Source: Mizuhopecten yessoensis
Taxonomy: Eukaryota
NCBI RefSeq assembly: GCF_002113885.1
Contig: NW_018408852.1
Span: 727,751-791,750, forward strand
Direction: 5' to 3'
Length of the DNA: 64,000 nt
The notes beneath the pieces are model-generated. The model was not told the origin of the DNA and made no database searches. It was given only the letters and a program-made list of their open reading frames with translations. Shown one piece after another: positions 1-12,600 of the stretch; positions within the stretch are counted from its first letter, which is position 1; each line of letters begins with the position of its first letter. The translations under genes were made by a program, and so were the position numbers.

Positions 1-141
1 ACCACTTCCGGTCATTTCAAGTAAACAAAATATGGGTTAAGGAAAGAGGAGTCCAAAAATAATACCGTTGTCTGAAGTCTCTCTTAACTTATAATGTCCG
101 TCTAACCGCTCTAAAGGAGATTTATTTCTTTTCTTGTCTAG

Positions 142-315
142 GTCCGCAATGCTAAATTGCAAGCACGAGATTGGTTAATTAATGACCAATGGTTGAACTC
201 CTGCATCCAATTGAGATCAAAGCGAAACTACACGGTGAAGCGCAGAGAACGGGTGGGCTTCGTTAACTCGTCGTTGTACCGTACTGAAGGAACTTCATGC
301 AGACCATTGGCGTAG
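142..315 (+). CDS. Possible terminal coding exon of an unidentified gene upstream of the window
   Basis: Pyrimidine tract and AG (tttcttttcttgtctag, ends 141). Only phase 0 is open: 57 codons, VRNAKLQARDWLINDQWLNSCIQLRSKRNYTVKRRERVGFVNSSLYRTEGTSCRPLA*. AATAAA at 354-359. No family recognised; could be chance. Confidence 0.3.
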   Translation, partial: VRNAKLQARDWLINDQWLNSCIQLRSKRNYTVKRRERVGFVNSSLYRTEGTSCRPLA

Positions 316-1823
316 GGACGCAACAACCCAGTTGTAGTAGACATTCCAGCAACAATAAAAAAGATCACTATTTGCATACCAAGAATGTAGACTGTTCAAC
401 GTGCCTTCAGCTTACAATGTATTGATAAACATATTATCATTACAGTTTTTAAATAAATATTCAACAGAACACAAACTCAAATTGACTATTCCTGGCAGAA
501 GAGCCACATGGATTTACAATAAAAATGCAATTATGTAGTATTCATATTAAGTAATACACCAATGTTATACAGGACGAAATATATTGAATCAAGCATATAA
601 AGTACAAAGTAAGCTTGTTCTATCCCCCTCCTCCTCCCCCGGGATGGATGTAATATACATGTACTCCACCCCTCCCAGACAACCTGTGTCTTGTTAGAAC
701 CCCAAGTTTCTGTATGTAGGGAACATGTGTTTTGCTTTTGTATTTACGGAGTAATTACCTTAACACCTCCTTAATGGAATACAAATGGCAGACTTCGTCA
801 AAAGTGATTATTATTATATTAATGGTTTAATGTATTGAAAATGCGGAGTTAATGACGTAATATTCTTACATTATCCTTCCTGGCTAATGTACTGTACGAG
901 GGGGATGATTCTCCCGACACTCTATGTATACTATACTTAGAAATCTCGACATACAAATATTCTAAAATTGTGTGAAATTTACGAAGACAATACGTATTTC
1001 AATAAACAGATTGAACGTACTTTATAGCTAACAAATACCGAACACTTGATTTATTTTTTGAGATTGTGGACAAACATTCATTCCTAAAAAAGGATATGTA
1101 AGGTGCAAGAAGACGATGTCGTCCATTACGAAGCGCGTGAATGAGTTAATAAAAGTTTGAAAGCGTAGCGGTTTTTATTTTCATCTAATTTGTGCTTTAT
1201 TCAGGATTTAGCGTCTTCGCATCAGGTAAGGTCACGTGAAAACGAGTGAACAGAGATCTAGAGACACCACCAACAAACAAACCCACGGTAAGTAGGAGAT
1301 CATAGCAAAAAAAACAGGGTAGGTAGGAATGAACAGAAAAAATACAAAGGTCTGCATTTTGACAGTTAGGGTAGCAGATCATTTTTGGTTTCTCCGTTGT
1401 ACCTTAAGCAGAAGGCATAACAAAAGACCGGATTCTGCGGGGGGTCCTACATTAATTGCCCCTTACATATAAATAGACAAAAGTAAGATAAAGCAGCTTT
1501 ATTCCTTTCCTGATACTGAAGGAGTGTCAAAATTGAAAAATATTCATGTGAATAAATAAGTAAATGAATAAAGTAAAAAATAGAACAAGACGCGTGTGTG
1601 TTATGCAAATCAAACTGATTACCATTCCATAAAAACATCACTAAATGTGAGTTTAAATGTAGAATTAAAGTTATTCTTGATAATCATAACAAACGGGTTA
1701 CTTTAGTTGGAATGAATGGTTCCTGGTTCATTTTTTATTTTTTTATTAGACTTTCTTCAATTTGTAATATCGAAATTTATATAGATGCTTTCTTAGTCCG
1801 TGTAAGTACTTATGGTAGTTTGT

Positions 1824-4747
1824 AGTGTTTGCAATTACGTGAGTAAGGTCTATGTTTTTGTAATTAATTGAGTAAGGTCTAAGTCTTTGTAATTATTTGA
1901 GTTAGGTCTTAGTTTTTGTAATAACTTGAGTTAGGTCTAAGTCTTTGTAATTACTTGAATAAGGTCTTAGTTTTTGTAATAACTTGAGTTAGATCTAAGT
2001 CTTTGTAATTACTTGAGTTAGGTCTTAGTTTTAGTAATTACTTGAGTTAGGTCTTAGTCTTTGTAATTACTTTAGTTAGGTCTTAGTTTTTGTAATAACT
2101 TGAGTTAGATCTAAGTCTTTGTAATTACTTGAGTTAGGTCTTAGTTTTAGTAATTACTTGAGTTAGGTCTAGTCTTTGTAATTACTTGAGCTAGGTCTTT
2201 AGTTTTTGTAATTACTTGAGTAAGGTCTTAGTTTTAGTAATAACTTGAGTTAGGTCTTAGTCTTTGTAATAACTTGAGTTAGGTCTTAGTTTTTTGTAAT
2301 TACTTTAGTGAGGTCTTAGTTTTTGTAATTACTTGAGTTAGGTCTTAGTTTTTGTAATAACTTGAGTTAGGTCTATGTTTTTGTAATAACTTGAGTTAGA
2401 TCTAAGTCTTTGTAATTACTTGAGCTAGGTCTTAGTCTTTGTAATTACTTGAATAAGGTCTTAGTTTTTGTAATAACTTGGGTTAGGTCTATGTTTTTGT
2501 AATAACTTGAATTAGGTCTTAGTCTTTGTAATTATTTGCGTTAGGTCTTAGTCTTTGTAATTACTTGAGTAAGGTCTTAGTTTTAGTAATAACTTGAGTT
2601 AGGTCTTAGTCTTTGTAATAACTTGAGTTAGGTCTTAGTTTTTTGTAATTACTTTAGTGAGGTCTTAGTTTTTGTAATTGCTTGAGTTAGGTCTTAGTTT
2701 TTGTAATAACTTGATTTAGGTCTATGTTTTTGTAATAACTTGAGTTACATCTAAGTCTTTGTAATTACTTGAGTTAGGTCTTAGTCTTTGTAATAACTTG
2801 AGTTAGGTCTTAGTTTTTTGTAATTACTTTAGTGAGGTCTTAGTTTTTGTAATTGCTTGAGTTAGGTCTTAGTTTTTGTAATAACTTGAGTTAGATCTAA
2901 GTCTTTGTAATTACTTGAGTTAGGTCTTAGGCTTTGTAATTACTTGAATAAGGTCTTAGTTTTTGTAATAACTTGAGTTAGATCTAAGTCTTTGTAATTA
3001 CTTGAGCTAGGTCTTAGTCTTTGTAATTACTTGAATAAGGTCTTAGTTTTTGTAATAACTTGGGTTAGGTCTATGTTTTTGTAATAACTTGAGTTAGATC
3101 TTAGTCTTTGTAATTACTTGAGTTAGGTTTTAGTCTTTGTTATTACTTGAGTAAGGTCTTAGTTTTTTGTAATTACTTGAGTTAGGTCTATGTTTTTGTA
3201 ATAACTTGAATTAGGTCTTAGTCTTTGTAATTATTTGCGTTAGGTCTTAGTCTTTGTAATTACTTGAGTTAGGTTTTAGTCTTTGTTATTACTTGAGTAA
3301 GGTTTTAGTTTTTTGTAATTACTTGAGTTAGGTCTATGTTTTTGTAATAACTTGAGTTAGATCTAAGTCTTTGTAATTACTTGAGTTTGGTCTTAGTCTT
3401 TGTAATTACTTGAGTAAGGCCTTAATTTTTGTAATAACTTGAGTTAGGTCGATGTTTTTTGTAATAACTTGAGTTAGGTATTAGTCTTTGTAATTACTTG
3501 AGTTAGGTTTTAGTCTTTGTTATTACTTGAGTAAGGTCTTAGTTTTTTGTAATTACTTGTGTTAGGTCTATGTTTTTGTAATAACTTGAGTTAGATCTAA
3601 GTCTTTGTAATTACTTGAGTTAGGTCTTAGTCTTTGTAATTACTTGAATAAGGTCTTAGTTTTTGTAATAACTTGAGTTAGGTCTATGTTTTTGTAATAA
3701 CTTGAATTAGGTCTTAGTCTTTGTAATTATTTGAGTTAGGTCTTAGTCTTTGTAATTACTTGAGTTAGGTCTTAGTTTTAGTAATTACTTGAGTTAGGTT
3801 TTGGTCTTTTTAATTACTTGAGTTAGGTCTTAGTTTTTGTAATAACTTGAGTAAGGTTTTAGTTTTAGTAATTACTTGATTGAGGTCTTAGTCTTTGTAA
3901 TTACTTGATTTCGATAAGAGTCTTTGTAATTACTAGAGTTATGTCTTAGTCTTTGTGTTTACTTGAGTTAGGTCTTAATTACTTGAGTTAGGTCTTAGTC
4001 TTTGTAATTGTTTGAGTTAGGTCTTAGTTTTTGTAATTACTCGAGTTAGGTCTGAATCTTTGTAATTACTTGAGTTAGGTCTTAGTCTTTGTAATAACTT
4101 GAGTTAGGTCTTAGTTTTGGTCTTTACTTGAGTTAAATCTCAGTCTTTGTAATTACCTGAGTTAGGTCTTAGTCTTTGTAATTACTTGAGTTAGGTCTGA
4201 GTCTTAGTAATTACTTGAGTTAGGTCTTAGTCTTTGTAATAACTTGAGTTAGGTCTAAGGCTTTGTAATTACTCGAGTTAGGTCTTTGTCTTTGTATTTA
4301 CTTGAATTAGGTCTTTGACTTTGCAATTGCTTGAGTAAGGTCTCAGTTTTTTGTAATTACTTGAGTTAGATCTAAGTCTTTGTAATTACTTGAGTTTGGT
4401 CTTAGTCTTTGTAATTACTTGAATTAAGTCTTAGTTTTTGTAATTACTTGAGCTAGGTATTAGTTTTTGTAATTACTTGAGTTAGGTCTTAATTACTTGA
4501 TTTAGATCTAAGTCTTTGTAATTACTTGATTTAGATCGAAGTATTTGTAATTACTTGAGTTATGTCTTAGTTTTTGTAATTACTTGAGTTAGGTCTAAGT
4601 CTTGGTAATTACTTGAGTTAGGTCTTAGTTTTTGTAATAACGTGAGTTAGGTTTTAGTCTTTGTGATTACTTGAGTTAGGTTTTAGTCTTTGTGATTACT
4701 TGAGCTAGGTCTAAGTCTTTGCAATTACTTGAGCTAGTTCTTAGTTT
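1824..4747. repeat. Tandem satellite, 29-bp unit, about 100 copies
   Basis: Consensus GTCTTTGTAATTACTTGAGTTAGGTCTTA repeated head-to-tail with point variants and 1-bp indels. Confidence 0.98.
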
Positions 4748-5864
4748 CCACATTTCATTACCTTAGGTAGCTCCTAATCAACCCTTTGTTCATTGATTTA
4801 GCATTAATATGTTTCGGTTTCGGCGTTTTTGTTTATTCAAAATGCGTTGATATAACTGTTACATAAATAGATCCCGAGTTAGGCAACCAAAAGCAAATAT
4901 TTATAACAAAATAGTCAAAAATGCTAACCAAATCGTCAAAAAATGTCTTTTATTACTAGAAAGAAACACTTGTACATGTTTGCCCTTGTCAATGGAGTGA
5001 GGTAGCTAGCACTACAAGGGATTTTTTCTCCGTCGTGGTATTACTAACGTATAATGTTAGCGACACAGCACATCTATCTGTGATATACCGGACGCAGCGA
5101 CACTTGGCATACCGCCACGCTCGGTTTCAACTAATTATAAATGTTCAGCAAAATACCAAAAACTCGATGTAGCTCACTGGAATTTGCTGTAAAGTGATAC
5201 CTCTTCACTTCTTTTGAATCCTGATGAAGCAGCCCAATTCTAATCTCAAAATTAATTGGACCCTGTGATCAGTGCACGTGCGTCTCTCGTGCTGGACACA
5301 AGACACGCCCCCAGCGACGGTTCGACTTTTAAAGGTCTCGCCAGTTTTAAGCTGTTTGACCAATTGCCCACTAATTCCTTAAAAATTCTGTGTCATAAAA
5401 TCTCTTCATATTTATCTTCAAAGTCAAGAGTACTCTTTGAAAATCTTTTTCACTTATACGAAATTTTCGTCAGAGAATTCGGCATTAAGCCTTCCGTTGA
5501 ATAGTAATACCGTCATCCTTTAGGTACACGTGTAGCGCCTTTTTTTAACAGTTATATGCTCGTTTCCAGCAGACTCACACTAAATGTTTCACCAGTTTTG
5601 TGTGTGCCTTTTATTTCTGTATTACTTAGACTTTGGGAGTCTTGCGTCCTAATGAATAAACAATTATGACTTCTTAGGCAGCAAGGACGACTTAGAGTCC
5701 TACTGTGAACAAATGGAGTTTGATATTCCACAATGTAATTGATTAAAGAATATTTTAATATTGTATGGATAGATATAAACTTGTATGTTGCTAGTCGATT
5801 TTTTTTTCTTTTTTCTATATGTCCAGATCAAATTGAAGTGATAGAAACAACATCCGGCAGTGTA

Positions 5865-6050
5865 TTCCGTCTTTGCGTATTGCAGAGTTATCTTCTCTTG
5901 GGAGCAGGTATTGATTGTTACGTCACTTGTTTATGAGAATAACGTCATCAGTTTTTGAGAAAACGACGTAATTTTCTCACACAGACCAATGACGTAACAA
6001 TCAATACCTGCTCCCAAGAGAAGATAACTCTGCAATACGCAAAGACGGAA
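5865..6050. mobile_element. Palindromic MITE-like element, copy 1
   Basis: Arms of about 60 bp, TTCCGTCTTTGCGTATTGCAGAGTTATCTTCTCTTGGGAGCAGGTATTGATTGTTACGTCA and its reverse complement, around an asymmetric spacer. TA on the left flank. Homologous to 6490, 41014 and 48608. Confidence 0.9.
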
Positions 6051-6489
6051 TTGTTTGAGAATGGGATCAATGTATGCAGGTTAACAACTTAAGTGTTAAT
6101 CTTTTTCTCCCATGAAACAATTGTAAGTATATGTTAGAATAGAGTACGGACAAGAATATCCGGAAGTTTATCTTTATATAAAAAATGTTAATGCATACTT
6201 ATTTGTTAATATATATGTATGACGAATACTGATACTTGATCGAATATTTTGAACAGTATGTACATTATTTAAAGGCGACTCAAGACGCCCATGTACATTG
6301 TATGCATATATATATATATGTTTATGTCATAAAATTTTGGAAAATATTTTTTTATATTTTTTTTATTGTAAGTATATGACAGCAGAGGAGAGAACAATGG
6401 TAGTTATGAATTGCCGTTATTAAAACTAGCTATGAAGCTTTTCACAACATCGTCTGTTGATATGGTACAATTAGTGTACCTCATGGTTA

Positions 6490-6649
6490 TTCCGTCTTTA
6501 CGTATTGCAGAGTTATCTGCTCTTGTGAGCAGGTAATAATTGTTACGTCGTTTTCTCAAAAATTTATGACGTTACTCTCACAAACAAATGACGTAACAAT
6601 CAATACCTGCTCACAAGAGCAGATAAGTCTGCAATACGAAAAGACGGAA
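6490..6649. mobile_element. Palindromic MITE-like element, copy 2 (internal deletion; spacer opposite to copy 1)
   Basis: Same TTCCGTC...GACGGAA termini and arms. Spacer gttttctcaaaaatttatgacgttactctc is the reverse complement of the copy 1 spacer. Confidence 0.88.
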
Positions 6650-7365
6650 AGCAATGTGTATACAAAACATACACGTTAAATCTAATACTTCATGTAGCAA
6701 ACGGGACAAAATTTTGATTAAATTGATATTGCTACAAATGACATGCAATGCAGCAATTAAATTCATGGGATTGAATACAGCGTTTTTGTTTTATTTCTTT
6801 ATACAATTTGAAATTATCTCATATTATTTGGATAAAGTTGGTGGTAGGGTGATGACGCAATAGACCGCCTTACACATCGTCGACTTCTCTGTACACACGT
6901 CATCAGTATCACAATGCCAGACGTCAACGAAATAAAACCACACAACACGTCCTTGATGTCGTCACTTTCCGAGAGAAAAAAAAATATGCAATCATAGTTC
7001 ATTTTAGTTTTAATTAATGGTCCAAGTTATAACGTTGATAATAGACTAAGAACTTTCCTTTTCTCGACAGTAACAGTTTACTCTTTATTTCTAAACAACA
7101 TTTTGATAAAAGCTCAGCACTGGTTCCTTTCTTCTTTCAACTTGTTTGAAAATACTTTGGCTTTGAATTTCATCCGGAACGTTTTAGACGTCATCAGTTA
7201 GGCCTCGGCATCACTGATGACGTTTTAGATTAATATATAAACATCCAGCGCTAAAGAGGGTATTTCTTAAAATCACTTATTTTATCGATCTTGCAATAAA
7301 AGATAGCTTTTCGGGGATTCTAAAACGCAAAGAAACAATGTCGATATGTTTTATGCATCCCTTAA

Positions 7366-8335
7366 ATACAACTACAAGATACAAGATACTTTATTTAACG
7401 TCGCATACAGGTTAACAAGGAACATTAGCTCTTGAGAGCTATTATTGCGACAAACAAATTCAAAAAAATAACAATAACATATTATATTACAAGTAAAGGG
7501 AGATAATCACATATATTAATAATAAAACAGTAATAATCATCACAGAAAAAGAAAGTATACATATCTCAGGTTTCTAAGTGATTGGGAGGCCCCTACCTAT
7601 ACAAAGGCCCCCGGGATATATATATAAAAATGGTGTTAATATATGAAAAGCATAAAATGTGATCACAGATAAGTAGTATTCAGAATTGGTAAATAAAGAA
7701 CATAGTTAATAGTGAATGAATACTTATTTATCACACCAGAATTACTTAGGACTTAGGATTAAAACACTATGAAGTGGAATATACACACAATGCTAATACA
7801 TGCATAGCAAAGAATAAAAGTTGACAGAATATACACTATTATAGTGAGTATTAAAAATGATACCGAAATAAATTAACAAAATTTATCAAATTTTGTAAAT
7901 AATTATATGTTAGAATATACGGAATTAAAATACAAATAAGATGCAACAAAAATATAGAATAGAATTAAAACATATAAGAAATGAAATAAGACAATAAAAG
8001 TATCACACAATCCAAAATGTCAGGTAGCAGAGGTAACCAGGGCACAGTATGAAGTATCACTCTTTGCAGATATTGCAAAGGCAGATGGGGCCATCCCAGG
8101 ATTGGACCAGCCTCCTGAATTTTTTGAATTTTTCAACTTTCTGAAGTCATTTGGGAGACTGTTCCACACCCGAGGGCCCTCAAAAGCAAACGATTTATGT
8201 CCATACTTCATAGTGTTGACCCTGGGCACCTCTGCATTATTTTCTTTCCTGAAGTCATAATTAGGCATCTTAATATTTACAAGATTATGAATATATTGAG
8301 GAATTATTTTGTTAAAACTATAATAAAACCTCTGT
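7366..8335 (-). mobile_element. 5'-truncated CR1/L2-group LINE: ORF2 C-terminus, 3' UTR and tandem tail
   Basis: Minus strand encodes YDFRKENNAEVPRVNTMKYGHKSFAFEGPRVWNSLPNDFRK then, after a frameshift, FRRLVQSWDGPICLCNIC, typical of the ORF2 end of invertebrate CR1-group LINEs. AATAAA (tttatt 7390-7395) is followed by a (TATCTTG)-type tail at 7366-7389. Confidence 0.85.
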
Positions 8336-8937
8336 CGAATTACATAATCACGGACACTCTCTAAGAGAACATTTATTTGGTGATGGATAATAGATATCCG
8401 TCTCCTTGGCTCTCCTACATATAACTTACAGTAACATAAATTTTCGTTTAAAATTGAATTTTAATAATCCGTATACTACTCCGTAAAATCTCAACTTTAT
8501 TACAAGATAAATTGGTTGTGCGGAGGCCCAGTTTCTACGGCAGAGCACGTGCACACTTGTCGCCTCGGCATACAGCATAATTATAGTCCTACAAATGTAA
8601 TAAAATTGCTGAGGTTGGGCCTACGGAAATATTTAATTTCGGAACACTTCCCGAGCCCTGCCCCTGCTGTGATTACTCCCGACCTGTTGTTGACATGGTG
8701 TAAGTTATATTTCCGGTGTCACGTGTACAGTGACTGAGAAAAACACCTAAGGCCGCCATTATTTTTAACACCCGGATGAACCAGAACCCGGATAAACCCT
8801 TTTGAAACCGTTTACTTCACACCTCTCGTATTTACATATATCAGCTGACATGAGATTGGTAGATGTGTAAAAACCTTACGGAATTAATGGACATAACAAT
8901 ACCTGACCTATTTGTATATTTGCTTTGGTTAATAACG

Positions 8938-9012
8938 CATCGTCGGAAACCCACGTTCGATTGTCGTTAATCGATAAACGCTAGTACAATCGAACGTGGG
9001 TTTCCGACGATG
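8938..9012. mobile_element. 75-bp fold-back mini-element with a 9-bp target-site duplication
   Basis: Perfect 27-bp inverted arms (8938-8964 / 8986-9012) and a 21-nt loop. Flanked by ttaataacg (8929-8937) and ttaatcacg (9013-9021). Confidence 0.7.
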
Positions 9013-9658
9013 TTAATCACGATGACACCCAACTTTATACTTTGTCCAATACTTAACCTTTCCTGTATCATGTATTCGCTCCCCCGGCTATACATGTATG
9101 GTACAATATTTTGAAATCTGCTGTGTTAAGTGTGCCTTTTTTGAGCTGCTGTATTGCATAATATACTCCTACATGAACTGATCAACTTATACAAGTGTAA
9201 TTATAGGAACTGACAGTCTACTCATAAATTGTCACGAGGACACACTTTTTGACGATTACTTTATGAATATTTAACGGAGTATTACATATCATTTCTCATT
9301 TTGTTACCTCTGACAAATCGTTCACGGAAACGCAAATATATTCCATTGAAAAGAATCAATTTCTTCACTATCTACAATCAGTAAAATGTGCGTGCGACGT
9401 GATAAAAGGAGGTACAGGGGAAATGGCGTTACCGAGGACGACTTATATCAAATGTCGAAAGTGTTACTGGAACGACACGAGTAAAAGTGGTCAAATCAAT
9501 TATGAATTGTTAACTTCTAATGAAATGAAAGTCTCGAAAACTGAAAGCCACCGGACAACCAATCAAATCAGAAAAGTATTATCTTGTGATTTATTCGAAA
9601 ATTGTTTTTAAAATTTCTTCTCGTTACAATCTTCTAACACGAGTTTGCGTCATGTGTT

Positions 9659-12600
9659 TGATGTTACAAACGTAACACAAGTATAGCACTAACTATTAAA
9701 CGTGATGTGACAAATGTAACACAAGTATAGAATTGACTACTGGACGTGATGTGACAAACGTAACACAAGAATAGCACTGACTACTGAACGCGATGTTACG
9801 AACGTAACACAAGTATGACACTGACTACTGGGTGTGATGTGACAAACGTAACACAAGTATAGAACTGACTACTGGACGTGATGTGCCAAACGTAACACAA
9901 GTATAGAACTGACTACTGAACGTGATGTGACAAACATAACACAAGTATGGCACTGACTACTGAACGTGATGTAACAAACGTTACACCAGTATAGCACTGA
10001 CTACTAAACATGATGTGACAAACGTGACACAAGTATGACACTGACTACTGGACGTGATGTGACTAACGTAACACAAGTATGACACTGACTACTGAACGTG
10101 ATGTGACAAACGTAACACAAGTATAGCACTGACTACTGAACGCGATGTTACAAACGTAACACAAGTATGACACTGACTACTGAACGGGATGTGACAAACG
10201 TAACACAAGTATAGAACTGACTACTGAACGTGATGTGACAAACGTAACACAAGTATAGAATTGACTACTGGACGTGATGTGACAAACGTAACGCAAGTAT
10301 GGCACTGACTACTGAACGTGATGTGACAAACGGTACACAAGTATGGCACTGACTACCGGACGTGATGTGACAAACGTAACACAAGTATGACTCTGACTAC
10401 TGGACGTGATGTGACAAACGTAACGCAAGTATGGCACTGACTACTGAACGTGATGTGACAAACGGTACACAAGTATGGCACTGACTACCGGACGTGATGT
10501 GACAAACGTAACACAAGTATAGAATTGACTACTGGACGTGATGTGACAAACGTAACACAATTATGGCACTGACTACTGAACGTGATGTGACAAACATAAC
10601 ACAAGTATGGCACTGACTACTGGACGTGAGGTGACAAACGCAACACAAGTATGACACTGACTACTGAACGTGAACTACTGAACGTGATGTGACAAACGTT
10701 ACACAGGTATAGCACTGACTACTAAACGTGATGTGACAAACGTGACACAAGTATGGCACTGACTACCGGACGTGATGTGACAAACGTAACACAAGTATTA
10801 CACTGACTACTGGACGTGATGTGACAAACGTAACACAGGTATGATACTGACTACTGAACGTGATGTGACAAACGTAAGACAAGTATGGCACTGACTACTG
10901 GACGTGATGTGACTAACGTAACACAAGTATTACACTGACTACTGAACGCGATGTTACAAACGTAACGACACAAGTATGACACTGACTACTGGACGTGATG
11001 TGACAAACGTAACACAGGTATGATACTGACTACTGAACGTGATGTGACAAACGTAACAAAAGTAAGACACTGACGACTGAACGTGATTTGACAAACGTAA
11101 CACAAGTATAGCACTGACTACTGGGCGTGATGTGACAAACGTAACACAAGTATGACTCTGACTACTGGACGTGATGTGACAAACGTAACACAGGTATGAT
11201 ACTGACTACTGAACGTGATGTGACAAACGTAAGACAAGTATGGCACTGACTACTGGACGTGATGTGACAAACGTACCACAAGTATAGCACTGACTACTGG
11301 ACGTGATATGACAAACGTAACACAAGTATAGAACTGACTACTGGACGTGATGTGACAAACGTACCACAAGTATAGCACTGACTACTGGACGTGATATGAC
11401 AAACGTAACACAAGTATAGAACTGACTACTGAACGTGATGAGACAAACGTAACACAAGTATGGCACTGACTACTGAACGGGATGTGACAAACGTAAAACA
11501 AGTATAGCACTGACTACTAAACGTGATGTGATAACTGAACGTGATGTGACAAACGTTACACAAGTGTAGCACTGACTACTAAACGTGATGTGACAAACGT
11601 GACACAAGTATGGCACTGACTACCGGACGTGATGTGACAAACGTAACACAAGTATAGCAATGACTACTGAACGTGATGTGACAAACGTAACACAGGTATG
11701 ATACTGACTACTGAACGTGATGTGACAAACGTAACACAAGTATAGCACTGACTACTGAACGTGATGTGACAAACGTTACACAAGTATAGCACTGACTACT
11801 AAACGTGATGTGACAAACGTGACACAAGTATGACACTGACTACTGAATGTGAAGTGACAAACGTAACACAAGTATAGCAATGACTACTGAACGTGATGTG
11901 ACAAACGTAACACAAGTATGACACTGACTACTGAACGTGATGTGACAAACGTAACAAAAGTAAGACACTGACGACTGAACGTGATTTGACAAACGTAACA
12001 CAAGTATAGCACTGACTACTAAACGTGATGTGATAACTGAACGTGATGTGACAAACGTTACACAAGTATAGCACTGACTACTGAACGTGATGTGATAACT
12101 GAACGTGATGTGACAAACGTACCACAAGTACAGCACTGACTACTGAACGTGATGTGACAAACGTAACACAGGTATGACACTGACTACTGGACGTCATGTG
12201 ACAAACGTAACACAAGTATAGCACTGACTACTGGACGTGATGTGACAAACGTAACACAAGTATAGCACTGACTACTGAACGTGATGTGACAAACGTAACA
12301 CAGGTATGACACTGACTACTGGGCGTGATGTGACAAACTTAACACAAGTATGACACTGACTACTGGACGTGATGTGACAAACGTAACACAAGTATGACAC
12401 TGACTCCTGGACGTGATGTGACAAACGTAACACAAGTATGGCACTGACTACCGGACGTGATGTGACAAACGTAACACAAGTATGGCACTGACTACTGAAC
12501 GTGATGTGACAAACGTTACACAAGTATGGCACTGACTACCGGACGTGATGTGACAAACGTAACACAAGTATAGCACTGACTACTGGACGTGATGTGACAA

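Noticed and set aside
1824-4747. 29-bp repeat as telomeric sequence because it contains TTAGG
   Set aside because: TTAGG occurs once per 29-bp unit; there are no tandem TTAGG or TTAGGG runs.
5739-5936. ORFs at 5739 (+) and 48566 (-) sharing VFRLCVLQSYLLL, suggesting a small gene family
   Set aside because: The shared peptide is the translated arm of the palindromic element.
6269-7365. Kolobok- or piggyBac-type element bounded by TTAA
   Set aside because: TTAA-adjacent ends were seen but they do not form matching terminal inverted repeats.
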